64,000 bases of DNA from Anthoceros angustus (GCA_010909165.1 VJWM01000187.1:124001-188000); one strand, 5' to 3'; shown: positions 13,502 through 29,493, counted from the first letter of the stretch. A program made the numbers and translations. The notes: generated by a model not told the origin, from the sequence alone.

Positions 13502-14420
13502 CGCACAACGTGATCATCCCCTGGGCCCCTCGATGCCTGACACTCCTCCCTCTAAAAGCGTAGAAAACTATCCTCACCTGCTCCACCCAGGTCCGTTCAT
13601 CTTCCCTGTGCTCCATCTTCCCCCAGTCGGAGAGGAGTCAGAAACCTAACGTCCAGATCTTGCAGGTCGGAGGAGGACCTGAAGAAGGAAGCTCTGTCAC
13701 ATACCCTGGAGCAAAGAAATGCTACCGTTTGGTCATGTGTTGTCTCGTGACCTTACGTTTCATCTTCCTCTTCTGAACCCGAGGTACTAGAAACATCCAC
13801 ATTCCTGGCGTAGGGAGGTTAGGTGAACCAGATGGCAGGTCAGGTCTAGGGGCGTGGATTGTCCTGGTACCTGGACTCTCTCTGCTTTGTATCTACTCAC
13901 AATGTTTTTTCACTCCCGAGTTGAAACAGGAGATTTCAGTCGTTGATCTGGTCGATCCCGCCTCTAAATTGGTGCGTGCTGCGTCGTTATCGTTTGGGCT
14001 ACGCGTGGACGTATGTATGTACAAGCAATCAGATCCATGCAGGCAGAACAGAACCGGGAACAGAACGAGTGTCACTGCAACCCGCAGTTCTGACAATTGA
14101 TGTGTTCAGTTGTGTTGGGTTGTGTCGCCGCTCTCTCGCTTGGGATTAAAGGAAGCACAGGCGCCGCCAGCCTAGGCCTCACGTCTCTTGATGTGAGTCT
14201 TGAAGCATTTGATGCTAGTCTTGAATTCTTGCCCAGATTTCTGGGTCGGATTACCTGAAGCTGATGTATAGCTCTAGTACTGCCTCGAGAAGAGAAATGG
14301 AGAGCGTTTGCACTGTGGGTGCATTGTTGTGGTGGGATTTGCAGTTTTGACTGTGCTGGGAAGGTGAATTGGGCGATGGGATTGGCACACTAGCGGGTTG
14401 CTTGACTGTGCAGGGGGATC

Positions 14421-15698
14421 ATGATGGAGAATGGAGCAGTGGATCTGGAGAACATGGTGAAGGTGAAGGTGGAAGATGGAGTGGCGGGTTTGTGGGGAGA
14501 GAAACTGCATATGGAAAGCAACAGCACCCAGGACTCCAAGGTGGCGACTACGGAGACTTCGTCGGATGAAGATGGAGGCGGGCATGTTCGGAAAGCGGAG
14601 AGGGGGGCGGTGGAGATTAAGGTGGAGTGTCTGCTGGAGGAGGAACGTGTGAAGGGGAATACTGAGAATGCTGATAATGCGCCCACTTATGAGGTCGACG
14701 GTGCTTGGAAGACTGACGAGCAGTTTTTGATGAAGCTCGGCTGCATTGATCCTACTCGACGGCGTCCGTTTCCCTTCATCGGGAAGAGGAAGACAAAGGT
14801 GGTGAGGCTGAGTGCGGAGTACAGGGTGACTGGGTTCTGCGATGGGAAGGGGGGGCTGCCCAGCATGGTTCAGATCAACGAGCAGACTGTGCTGTCTCTG
14901 GAGCCGGAGGTTGTGGGAAGAGTTCTGGGGATCTGTAGTGCAGGGAGACAGGTGCCGGTGACGGGGGATAGGCTGGGAGTGGAGAGCTACCTGACTGCGG
15001 GAAGTGTACGGGCTGGGTGTTGGAGCAGCAGGAAGGGTATGTTAGTGAGGAGCATTCTTCCACCGCTGAGGGAGTACATCGAGCTGCACAGGAAGCGGCT
15101 CTTCTTGGCAGGCCAGGCTTCGGTTGTGCCTGTCATCCATCTCTATGCCTTCGGCAAGAGCATGTTCCAGAAGAAGGGATTCGACTGGGCCAGGCACAGG
15201 GTGGAATATATCAAGACCAGGCTGACGAACGAGAGCTGGAGGCCCCTCACCGATTCCGCCAAGGACCTGCTGCTCACCTACATTACCGCCGCCCTGCCCT
15301 CCGTGGCTGCCATGGCGTCGGGCAAGGGACAAAGAGGGAGATCCAAAGGCCCTACGCACAAACCCGCCAAGGCCCGCACTCCGACTCCGGGGCAGGTGAT
15401 CAGGAGGTCCACCAGGCTCATCTGCGATGACTCCACGGCATGCCAAGAGCCTGAAGCCACCCCGAGCGCCAGGCCACTGAAACTGAAGGGATCCAAGAGG
15501 AAGCGTCAGGAGGAGCAGCAACAGCACCACGGGGAGCAGGAGGACCTCAAGAGAGAGTTGAAGGAAACTGCGAAAGCTCTGGACTCGGTGAGGAAGGAGC
15601 TGCGAGCAAAGGAGAAGGAGATGGACGAAACTGTTTCAGCGTTGTGGGAGATCATAGATGGCTACAGCAAGATTCGTGCGGCAGGAAAGCTGCTGTGA
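14421..15698 (+). CDS. Uncharacterised intronless 425-aa protein; central region resembles plant TE-accessory (PMD/Transposase_32-like) domains; basic NLS-like segment and C-terminal coiled coil
   Basis: Long ORF with host-like codon use. Motifs LEPEVVGRVLGICSAG and KKGFDWARHRVEYIKTRL; KGSKRKRQ; heptad-rich tail. Candidate 5'-UTR intron GTGAGT (~14193) to TGCAG (~14413). Confidence 0.7.
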   Translation: MMENGAVDLENMVKVKVEDGVAGLWGEKLHMESNSTQDSKVATTETSSDEDGGGHVRKAERGAVEIKVECLLEEERVKGNTENADNAPTYEVDGAWKTDEQFLMKLGCIDPTRRRPFPFIGKRKTKVVRLSAEYRVTGFCDGKGGLPSMVQINEQTVLSLEPEVVGRVLGICSAGRQVPVTGDRLGVESYLTAGSVRAGCWSSRKGMLVRSILPPLREYIELHRKRLFLAGQASVVPVIHLYAFGKSMFQKKGFDWARHRVEYIKTRLTNESWRPLTDSAKDLLLTYITAALPSVAAMASGKGQRGRSKGPTHKPAKARTPTPGQVIRRSTRLICDDSTACQEPEATPSARPLKLKGSKRKRQEEQQQHHGEQEDLKRELKETAKALDSVRKELRAKEKEMDETVSALWEIIDGYSKIRAAGKLL

Positions 15699-16138
15699 GC
15701 TTGCAATGCAAACGTCATTCCATTTCTGCTGGCCCGTCTCCACAACATTGATCCACCGCCGTCATCCATGGACGATGCCAGCCTAATGCTGGAAACGAAC
15801 ATTTTGTTAACTCCACATCGCACATTGTTAAAACGCTCGGGAATAGAGGCGAATATTCGGGATGTTCGAAGCACCGGCCATATGAGGGCCGCTTTTATGC
15901 GCGGCCATACAAGGCCCGCGAGGAAGGTGACAAGTGTGCATAATCCTATTCAGACCGGACGCCGGAGGAGCAAGGAGCGGCTGCTTTGTCTTCCAGGTTA
16001 GTAGAACTCTGTGTTCCTTGCTCAGCAATCTGTTGTGCTTTTGCAGTGGCATGCGTTTTTCCTCTCTTTTGAGGCTCGCTGAGGCGGAGGAACGTGCTTC
16101 TCGCGGTCTAGGCGTTGCCCACAGGACGCTCTTCGACA

Positions 16139-19592
<3,454 letters not shown>

Positions 19593-19924
19593 GCATCACG
19601 GATCACACTGCCACATTTTCCGTTTGAGACAAGTGGGCCATCGAGATTGACCCAGAACTGTAACAACTTTTTGATAGGTCGATGCTGTCATGTAGCATCC
19701 TCTGGTGCTGTTGAAACTTTGACGACACACTGAAATTCTGACCCCAAGTTTTAACGTTTGCGACATCGTACACTGATCTCGCTGAACTGCTTTTAAGGCA
19801 CTAGGTAACTGAAGCATGTGCATCTGATGTTGGTTCCTCTGATGTATTCTGATGTCTTCTGTAACACATTGCTGAGGATGTTCGGCTATTTCGGATGGGT
19901 AGATTGTTCACCAGGACTGGGAAA

Positions 19925-20420
19925 CGTAGGAAAGTGACTGACCGTAGGAAGCCCACCTGGGTACCTTCTTACCCTTACGTCCTGGCGATGCAAGGGTAAG
20001 AACTTTTACACCCGCTACGACTATGAGACATGACTATGACGGTGGACTTCAAAGTATGATATACAAAGATGACTCTTTCAAGTCGGTAGTTGAAATGGTC
20101 ACTTTTACACCCATTGCTACTATGAGGTAAGAAGGTGTTCCTTCAAAGAGGTCCACCTTTGTTTCGGGTACTGGCGTCCTGGTAGGAAGCTCACCTAGCA
20201 GAAAGTGACTGACCTGGTAGGAAGCCCACCTAGCAGAAAGTGACCGTAGGAAGCCCGTCATCTGGTTCATGGCTTCCTACGAAGCTTGTCATCTGGTTCA
20301 TGGCTTCCTACGTGGTTCATGGCTTCCTACGAAGCCTGTCATCTGGTTCATGGCTTCCTACGGCATCTGGATCATGGACATAGTCCGTAAATGCTGGGCT
20401 TCCTACTGTCCCCACTTTCG
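19925..20420. repeat. Patchwork of sense and antisense micro-copies of PGM 18681-18770
   Basis: 19931-19955 is nearly the reverse complement of 18700-18723. 20097-20150 copies 18716-18770 including the exon/intron junction. 20376-20418 copies 18681-18723. Confidence 0.85.
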
Positions 20421-21773
20421 TTTGGGGTCTCCTAATGATGTCATCCTTTTTTCCCCTATTTCTTGTATTGAATATAAATAAGTTGAATAGACTTTCTTTC
20501 CCCCCTATTTTTTGTATTGAATAAATAAATTGAATAAACTTTCATCAAACATGATTCGAAGCCTTGCCCTTTTTTGTTACCAAGGAAGACTTCCTTCTTT
20601 TATCTATCAGCCTCACTGGTTGTATACCCAAAATCATTGCCATAATAATAGCTATGAATTAATTTTGAATGTCTTATGCATTGAACTAACACTAAATCAT
20701 TGCGATAATGATAGCTGTGAATTGATTTTGAATACCTTGTGTTGAACTAGCTTGCCTCCTCCCTTGAACTTGGAGATGCACTAAATGATAACTCTAATGA
20801 ATTGCTTTATATTGTGAATTCAGAAAGAGACCGTGACGCATCCGCAATATATAGAGCGTGGAGTAGGAGTGAAGTCGTTCTCTAAATAACTATGCTTTTC
20901 GTATAATGGTAAGTACATTCCTTCACCTCCAACAACTATTTTCGATAATATGTTTCCAATCCTATGGATAAATGGTATGTTATTACCACATAATTTGTAT
21001 TCATCTGGTTTTTTTTATTTTATCAACTAATAGAATCAAATCTAACATTTATCCAAATGATAATTTGTTAGAATTTGGTGAAGAAACAACCAACCACGGA
21101 AAGTAAATTATAATAGTGGGATTACAAGGACACAGTTATGAAGCTTCAACTATATCAATAGTTTCTAATTTACTAGTTTGTTCTTCACCTATTATTATTT
21201 TTTGAAAATTTTAATTCAACTATTACTGCACAGTCTAATTGTTCTCCTTTCTATGATACCGCAGTATTGATTAAGTATCTCGTATCTTTGTTACCCACGG
21301 CACTAATTAAGTATATGGTAGCTTTGTTAGCTTTGACATATGACTCGCAGGGTACTAATTAAGTATCTAGTATCTTTGTTAGATCTGACATATGACTCGC
21401 AGCTTCATTCGTGATTGATCTTGCAATACCGGTTCTCGTCCTGATAATAAACTATCAACCAAACTCCATGTACGACAAGTGGATTGCATTCAATAATATC
21501 CAATGTTAATGTTAGTGGAGTATGCACAACACTAACATTCACTAAGTTCATCAGAACATAAGGTGTGGCGACGAAGCATATTAAGAGACTCCATAACGAT
21601 AAAATGATAATAGATACGAACGAATAGTAAAAGCTCGCCATTCGGACCATATGACTTATAGGAGTCAAAAAGTTTATGGTGGAGAAATAAAGATGAGATT
21701 AGAAAAGATGAACGTGGAAAGGAGGTGGAGAGACCAAAAGATTGTTTCTAGCTCTAGAGGGAGCTAGAGATGG

Positions 21774-22320
21774 CACTCTTACTGGATAGTCTGCAAAACG
21801 ACTGTGTCCTATTTGTCCTACTGTTGCGTCTTAGCACTCTTACTGGATAGCGTCTTAGCACTCTTACTGGATAGTCTGCAGAACGACCATGTCCCGTTTG
21901 TCCTACTGTTGCGTCTTAGCAGTTGGTGCATTGTCTATTTTGGGTTTTGAAGGCACCTCTTTTCCTTGCTGTTGCGTCTTAGCAGTTGGTGCATTGTCTA
22001 TTTTGGGTTTTGAAGGCACCTCTTTTCCTTGTTAGCATCTCTGGTGTCAGCGGCCTACTCTCCGTATTGGGTTTTGAAGGCACCTCTTTTCCTTGTTAGC
22101 ATCTTTGGTGTCAGTGGCCTTTTCTCCATTGTGGGTATTAAAGGCACCTCTTTTCCTTGTTAGCATCTATGGTGTCATTGGCCTATTCTCCATTTTGAGT
22201 TTTGAAGGCAGCTTTTTTCCTTACTAGCACCTCTGGTGTCAGTGACCTATTCTCTTTGGATTTTGAAGGCACCTCTTTTCCTTGCTAGCACCTCTGGTAT
22301 CAGTGGCCTATTCCCTATTC
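21774..22320. repeat. Compound minisatellite including six ~62-64-bp units
   Basis: TGGGTTTTGAAGGCACCTCTTTTCCTTG core at ~21941, 22004, 22068, 22132, 22196 and 22257, preceded by repeated GCACTCTTACTGGATAG and CTGTTGCGTCTTAGCA blocks. Confidence 0.9.
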
Positions 22321-23125
22321 CCTGCACAGGGCGTGCTCTTTCTCCTTGCCCCTTGCTCTCTATTGTCTAGCTTGTGACCTCGCTTTAAGCTTAGTGTATA
22401 ATTTCCTGTGTAGATAAAGCGCTGGTGCTCTCTAAAAATAATACTAAAATTTAGGGTAGATAACAAATTTCTTTACTTATTAGCGATGGTCTTAAAGGAA
22501 ACTTAATGTGTACTAAGGATTCTAAATATTGAATTTAACCTCCACATTTCTAGAGAAAAGGGGTAGATAAAGTTTTGGCATTATGGCGAGCTTTTAAGAT
22601 GGCGAGATTTTAAGATGGCGAGCTTTTACGAATCGTAGAAGCTCGCCATCTTTCAACAAGTTTGTTATGTTATCAATGCAAATTGATGGATAGATCCCCA
22701 AGCCTACCAAAACCGCCACCCCGTGTCTACAGCAAGAGGGAATACTGAAAAACCTTTGAGCATTACGGAGGTACTACCCCATTCGCATATGCAGGTTTGG
22801 CATTATGGAGGTACTACCCCATTCGCATATGCAAAGAGGTTTGAGGAACCAAGGGACCACTTCAGATTCCTCATCTAAATACCGACCTACAAAATGTTCC
22901 ATCCTTACCCTCTTTTCTACATGTTACCTCATGGTGGGCCCTACTGCTTTTGGGAGACTGCAGGACTAAAACAGCCTTTGCGGCTAAAGCAACCACCGCC
23001 ACTATACCTCGACCGTAGGAGCAATGCCGTTGTAATTAAGTTGTTTTTCTCAAGATGAAGATGACGAAGAGTTTTGTGCGACAAAGAAGTTGTCAAGTCT
23101 GAAGAAGCTGCTGACCCTCTCCTCC

Positions 23126-26100
23126 TCAAAGAATCTGCTGTAGATCAGCATCTTGCCGTGCAAGCTCGAGCAACATAGGATCGTCGAAAAACTTGTTGAT
23201 GCTCACATCTTCACTCATGCCCTGGTCGTACAACACAACAGAGGACTTTTAAGTTGGATAGGTCAGAGAGCATGTCTGGCAAATCACAAGTTTTGCGAAG
23301 TATACCTTCCTTCTCCTTGTTTTAACCATGAACTCCCGTGCAAGATGTTGCACTGGAGCAGGTTCAAGAGGCCGCAGGATCACAGATTTATCAAGAGGAT
23401 CACCAGGCACGATAGACCAGTGGTCGAACACTGACAAGCAGAAGGCTTGTCCTTGGGTATGGTATCGCAGATCGGTCTCAAACCCAAAAGACTCTATTAC
23501 TGGTAAGAAAGCCTGCACACATGATGAAGCCGTTGTAAGTACAATAACTTCTCGTTACTACCACAGCCTCTCAGATAAAACAGGAAACACTAGCACACCT
23601 TCACGATGTAGGATGGGGTCCCAGGTTTGGGGACATCTGCCGTGACATGCCCTCGACGTCGAGCTAGCACAGTGTGAATTGCTGACATGCAATCAGCAGG
23701 CGTTTGAATCTGTACATCAGCGCAAAGTAGGGTGAGCCAAACAAGCACATGGCCTTCAAAAGAGAAAGGTCCGGCAAATACAAGTTGCAGCTGCCAACAA
23801 GCACTGGACATTACCTCAACAGCATACACAGGTTCCATTAACCTTGGTGTGGCCATGAGGAAGGCAGAATAGGCAACACGCCTTGAGGTGGGAATGATTT
23901 GGCCACCACCCCGATGAAGGGGTTCTTGAGCGATTGTGGCATCAAGAATCTTGAACTTGACATTTCTAATCGGTTCATCACAGAGGGGACCTTCCCGAGC
24001 TCCCCATTGGAATCTGCAGTCAAGAAAGGGGAGTATGAACAACAAAAGTCGATTCCACTTGAAATGAAATCCAGAAACAAAATTCAGCACATGATAAGAC
24101 GCACCCTTGGACAATTGAATCCTTCACTGCACTCAGTAGACCTTTATCCACTTCACTTGGCAGCGTATCATCAAGAAGAATATTAGGTCCCTATAAAGCC
24201 AGAGAAAAATGCAAACAATGAACAAAATATCACTCTACATCATCAAATGTAGATAGGAACAACTGAGAAAATCCACTAATTAGCAGACACTTTCTCGAGG
24301 ACACTACCTGCTTATCTGGTCCAAATGCCCAGATGGAGCGAGCAGCTAAGAGATCCCACTCGTACTTTGTTTGAAAGAAGTCACCCAGCCTTTTCCTTGG
24401 CCAATCTACACACACGACTCCATTCTCGATGTCCTCAGCCAAACCCTTCTCCAAAGGCTCTGCTATCTGATAAAGATAGATCAGCACCATTGTCATTCCA
24501 GCAACTTGCAATCAAAATACCCTGTACAAGGTGCTCCACTTGGGACAGAGGGAGAGGCAATGCTGGGCTTCACCTCGCCAATTCCAAAATAAATAAATAA
24601 GTGGATGAGCATCCATACCATTGTAAGTTTGTTCTTTTTATTTGGAGTCTCTGCAAAGCACTTCAGTGACGAGGTTTCCACCACTGTCTCACAGAAAGAA
24701 ACGACTGGATCGGCCACCTGCACAGATACACTTCCACAGTTTGAAAACCAAGATGGCAACTTGACTGTAAGACATCTTCGGATCCACTCCTAACCTTAAC
24801 TTCAACTTCTGAATAGAGCTCCCGCAAGTCCTTCATGATAGAATCCAGAAATATCTCTCCAGTGCCAAGAATAGTGTGCTCTCCAGATTCTTCCACTTTA
24901 GTGATTGCCAGTGGATAACTTTTGCTGATCTTCCTTAAGCCTTCAACCATCTTAGGGAGTTCACTAGGATTCAGGGGTTCTGTAGCTGTCTTCACTACCG
25001 AAAGTGTATTGAACTTCAAAGGGCGGAAGATGTACACATCCTCAGGATGATCCTTTAGACACAATGTTGCAGTTTTTGTGATGGAGGCATCAACCCCTTC
25101 AATAAGAACCCACGAGCCAGCAGGTGCTTTGCTGACTGGTATTCGGTATCTGGCTTGATACACCCACAGTTTGGTTACCTCCTTCACAGCCATATCCTCT
25201 TCATCATCAGGAGAATAGTTCTCACCCAGAACCCTGACAGACTGTCCAGTATGGATAGTTCCACTCACAACTCTGCCAAAGGAATCAAACACACTGCAGT
25301 CACTTTTTGGATACAACTTAGTGACATTCACCATTAGAGGACCTTTCGAGTCACACTCTTTCATGGACCGCACAATCTTTGAATCAAGCGGACCTGTATA
25401 GGTGTGCTCCACTTTTGTTACAGCCGCATCTTTGGCAGAAGGTATATGTCGCACCAGCATATCTGTGAACCCAGTAGCAGCACCGAAGACTGCACTGCAT
25501 GCCAGTTTCAACAAAGGCTTCACATTCAACTTGTATGCAGAGTTGCTTAGCGTCACTCCCAGCTCTTCCAATGTCATCTCCACGCTCTTCCTGTGCTCTC
25601 CAATGACCTGGCTATAGATTTTATACAGGGGTTCCAACACGAATTGTACAAAAGTCCTTTCCACACCTGTACTTGGGAGCTTCCTCTTGAATGTCCGTGA
25701 CTCACGATGAAAATACATGTCTCCCCACAACTTGGCCGCAAATTTGTCAGAATCAAAAGGGATCCCGTGCAGCTTCACATACAGTTTTGCAAACGATTGC
25801 AGAGTGAAGGACCAGCCTGCAGTTGCACTAGCAAAGCATACATTTCCCAAAACAGGATCCACTGTCTTTGGTCCATCCACTCCACCTGAATACAAAGACA
25901 ACAAGCTGTTCACGTCTTCAAGAGTGTGGCGCAACTTGTGGTACGCATCTGTAGGAGGTAACTTCAGCTCAGTGATCAACCTATCGACCTGCATTGCAGT
26001 CGACAATGCATGTATTTTAAATTTCAGACTTGGAAACTCCCTAGATGCAAAACACACTATAGAGGCCTCCTGTTGATACCTTGTTGATAACCAACACAAT

Positions 26101-27119
26101 TGGCAACCTCTCTTGCATGGCATGCTTTATCGCCCTCTCAGTATTAAGCTGCCACATCCAGGGGCCGAGAATCAGCAAAAAACAGCACAGCGATGATGAC
26201 TCGGGTTCGTGGCTACGCCACCAGTCCAGACAAACAAACAGACTACATCCTGCAGTCATCAGGCAGACCTAAAACCAAGCATTCCAACAACAGCAAACAC
26301 AGACTCCCAAAACCCTAGCCGGGGTTTATGCTCCTCTCCCCGAGCCTGCAGCATTACCATGACTCCCTCCACCGCATCCACAACCAAAACCGCCCCGTCC
26401 GCCAGCCGTAACGCAGCCGTCATCTCGTCCGAGAAATTCACGTGCCCCGGCGTGTCCATCAAATTGCACAGATAGGACTTGCCGGCACTGTCCTCCAATA
26501 CCAGCGACATTGGCATGCCCTTGATGGAGATCTGCCGCTCCTGCTCATCGATTCTGGTATCCGTGTACCGCAGATGCTTCTCGCTGTTAGGGTCCAAGGT
26601 GGTGATGTCGTGCGTCTGCTCCACTAGCATGTCCATTAAGAGCGTCTTGCCGTGGTGCACGTGGCCGACCAGAGCCACATTGCGCACCAGCGCCGGGTTG
26701 GCCATGAGGCCCAGCAGGAAGTCCGTCTGCACGTAGGTGCTGAGCCCCTCCCGCATTGCCACCTCGAATCTCTTGGCCCTCACGGGCTTGATGATAGGTT
26801 CCTCCAGCGGCTGCGCATCCTCGTCCATCACCAGCGTCTCCACGCCCTCCCCGTACACCTCCATCGCCGTGGGGTAATACTTCTTGTCCTCCGCCAGCAC
26901 CACAGCGCCGCTGTTCTCCACCTCCATCTCGTCCTCCTGCTGCTCCGCCCCATCCAGCCTTGCCAGCCATGCCTCGTCTGATCCCCCGTTCTCCGCTCCT
27001 ACCCCTCGCCTCTGCCGCTCGTCCTCCTCCTCCTCCTCTTCCGCCTCCGACTCGTTCTCATCGGACTCGATTTCGGGCCCGATGTAATTCCCGAACTCGT
27101 CATACAGGCTCTCGTCCAT
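23126..27119 (-). CDS. EFTUD2: U5 snRNP GTPase Snu114/EFTUD2 (GFA1/CLO), multi-exon
   Basis: Starts [16 protein letters not shown]; acidic N-terminus; [39 protein letters not shown]. Ends [11 protein letters not shown] (TGA at 23128-23126). Confidence 0.95.
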
Positions 27120-27494
27120 CTTGCTGAATTCACCTCCAGCCCCCTGAGCTCGCCGATCAATCAAGCCCCGCTCTCAGTGGAGCTCACGCGAGGGCTCGCT
27201 CGTCCGAGCTGCCTCGCTCGAATGAGCGAGTTCCCGCGCAAGCAGGTGCCCTAACCGTGGTTGAGTCATCTTAACCATCCTCTGATCGCTGGTTCATAAG
27301 TAACTTCTTACAAGAATTGAGGCAAAAAAATTGCGTTTTCTTCTTCGTTTGCCTTTGTTGGTCATTGTTGCTTGCTGTTACTCTCGTAGCGATGAGAGGA
27401 GGCAAGCAACCGAGGGGCTGAGGCCGTGGGGCAGAGAAACGGAGTGCAAAGATTTTCAAGAGCATCGGAGCGTGAAGTGGAGGGTTTGGAAGCG

Positions 27495-28989
27495 ATGGGG
27501 ATGGAGGGGAGCTTGGAGGGGTTCGAGTCGGTGTACGGGCGGGCGGAGGGGCTGGAGCCGGAGGCAGCGGTACCGCACGCGATGCTGCCCTTCATCTTTG
27601 CGCTGCGGTGCCCAGACTCGGGGCACGTGCAGGTGCAGGCCACTGATTTCCATTCCAACACCTGGCACGCGCTCAAGACAGTGGAGCAGCTGGAGTGGCT
27701 GGTGAGGGCGGGGCCTGGCTTGGTTTGGTAGCTTTCAGTGGTGAATTGGCCTGGGGAGCGGCCTGATGGAGGGCGCAGGCTTTGGGATTGTTTGCAGAGG
27801 GACGAGGTGGGGATTGGAGGATCGTGGGATGACTTTCTAGGGTACGTGCGGGCCGCGTTTGGATCAGACAATGTGAAGCTCGTCCTCGGGGGCTCTTCTA
27901 GTGCTGTTGGCGGCCATGGTGCCTCTCCACCCATGCATGAAATGATGGAGTTTGCAAATCTGCTACAGGTGCTTTTTGGTGTGATCGTCTGTGTGTTAAC
28001 GCCCGCCCTTTGATGCTGTGTGAGGTTCGAGGTAGTGTGGGTTTCGAGACAGTGGGAATGCACAGCTTGGATTGTGTTTTATTGCGGTAAAGGTTGTGTG
28101 AGGTTGTTTTAGTTTTGTCTCGTTCTCATGTTCGCGTGTGTGCTATGTGTTGTCTGTAGGTGCCACCTCGGCCAAAATAGTGGCTCAGAAGGCAAAGGGG
28201 TCACCCAAAATCACTCTGACTCTGACTAGGCTCGGGGGACCTTCGGCCAAGGATGTGATGGGGCAGATTGCCCTGGAGCTTTCTCAGTCCTATCGAAGTC
28301 AAGCTCAGGCTCTTGAAGATGGTTTGTTTGATCGCCATTTGTAGTTTGACCTGATAAAGGAATGAGACGAGCTTGGCTAATCTTGTCTTTGCAACGTTGA
28401 CAGAAAAAAATCGAGCTAATTCTTTGGCTGCTGCTCTAGCAGATGAGAAGGTAGATATGCTTTGTCATGTTATCGATACAAGCTTGTACCGGTTGTGTTT
28501 GTGAGGAGTTTGTGACTCTTTTGTTTGTTTCTTGTGCTAGCAGGAAAAGAACGAAAAACTTCAACAGCAGATTGAGGCAAGCACTTTCACTGGCAAGAAG
28601 CGGAAGCTGGGATCAGGTTTGCAAATTGCAGCCTCTCCAATTGCAGAGGAGTCTAATGGCTCATCCCTAAAGGCTTCGTCCCAGGCACCTGAAGCTGTTG
28701 GTACGTTGTACTAACTTTTGGACTATGTCAGGTTCAGGTGTTCTTTTTTGGGTCGTTTCTCACTGTTTCTAATTGTAGGCAAAAAATCAGAGGAACCATC
28801 GAAGCCTCCCCCAGGTCGACAGAAGATGCGATTGATCCCACCTTCTGCAAGAAGGTATGGCATGCTGTCTGCAGTTTGGTGAAAATTGTCAGAGTACAGC
28901 TGCTGCTTTCTTGAACGTGATGCTTCCCTGCTTGCAGGGGTAAACGGAAAGGAACAACCATAGCTGCTGATGACGTCGAGGAAAGTTGA
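27495..28989 (+). CDS. PAXX: Plant PAXX-like (XRCC4/XLF superfamily) NHEJ factor, about 7 exons
   Basis: Spliced product FESVYG..ATDFHSNTW..QLEWL|RDEVGIGGSWDDFLGY..SDNVKLVL..AQKAKGSPKI..ALEL..DEK, with basic/acidic tail SARR|GKRKGTTIAADDVEES*. Matches from memory the At5g64010 family described as plant PAXX. Confidence 0.8.
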
Positions 28990-29079
28990 CTCGGTGGGTA
29001 GCGAGGGCTGTGTATCAACGTCTTCGTTCAACAGACGAAAAAAATCGTGCTTTGAACCTCTGGGGTAATTCTCCCGGAC

Positions 29080-29492
29080 GGTGGAGTACGTGCTTATTGC
29101 TGCTGATAATTTTTTGGCTGTAGCAGCTCCAGGTGAACAAGTCCTGCGGTACTCTGCAGAGAGCTGGACTGGCCGCAGGCTGATTTCACAGATTTGTACT
29201 TATTGTATTTTGTAAGTAGCATGAAACCAACTAGCCAGTGTTGAACAAAGTGGCGTTTCCCAAAAAGCCGAGAGTGAACAAAGTGGCGTTTCCAAAGAAG
29301 TCGAGATTACAAGAGGTAAATTAGCGAAGAGAACAGCAGCTGGTGATGGCCGTCAGCAGCGTCCACAAGTAGACAAGGATGGAAACAACTACCTGGACAG
29401 TTCAGGGGTGGAAACTACTATCTGGACTACTTTTCGTGACAGCGTTGTAGAAAACAGCCGATTGATAGCTTCATCCCAGTTGGCCTTGCTGG
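29080..29492 (-). pseudogene. Degenerate copy of the lipase 3' end and 3' flank (homologous to ~42487-42830)
   Basis: AAACAGCCGATTGATAGCTTCATCCCAGTTGGCCTTGCTGG versus 42788 AAACAGCCGATTGATAACATCATCCCAGTTGGTCTTGCTGG. GGTGAACAAGTCCTGCGGT versus GGTGAACAGGCCCTGCGGT. Confidence 0.85.
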
Positions 29493-29493
29493 A

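Noticed and set aside
21940-22320. CRISPR-like repeat/spacer appearance
   Set aside because: The intervening segments are homologous to each other, the context is eukaryotic and there are no cas genes; it is a minisatellite.
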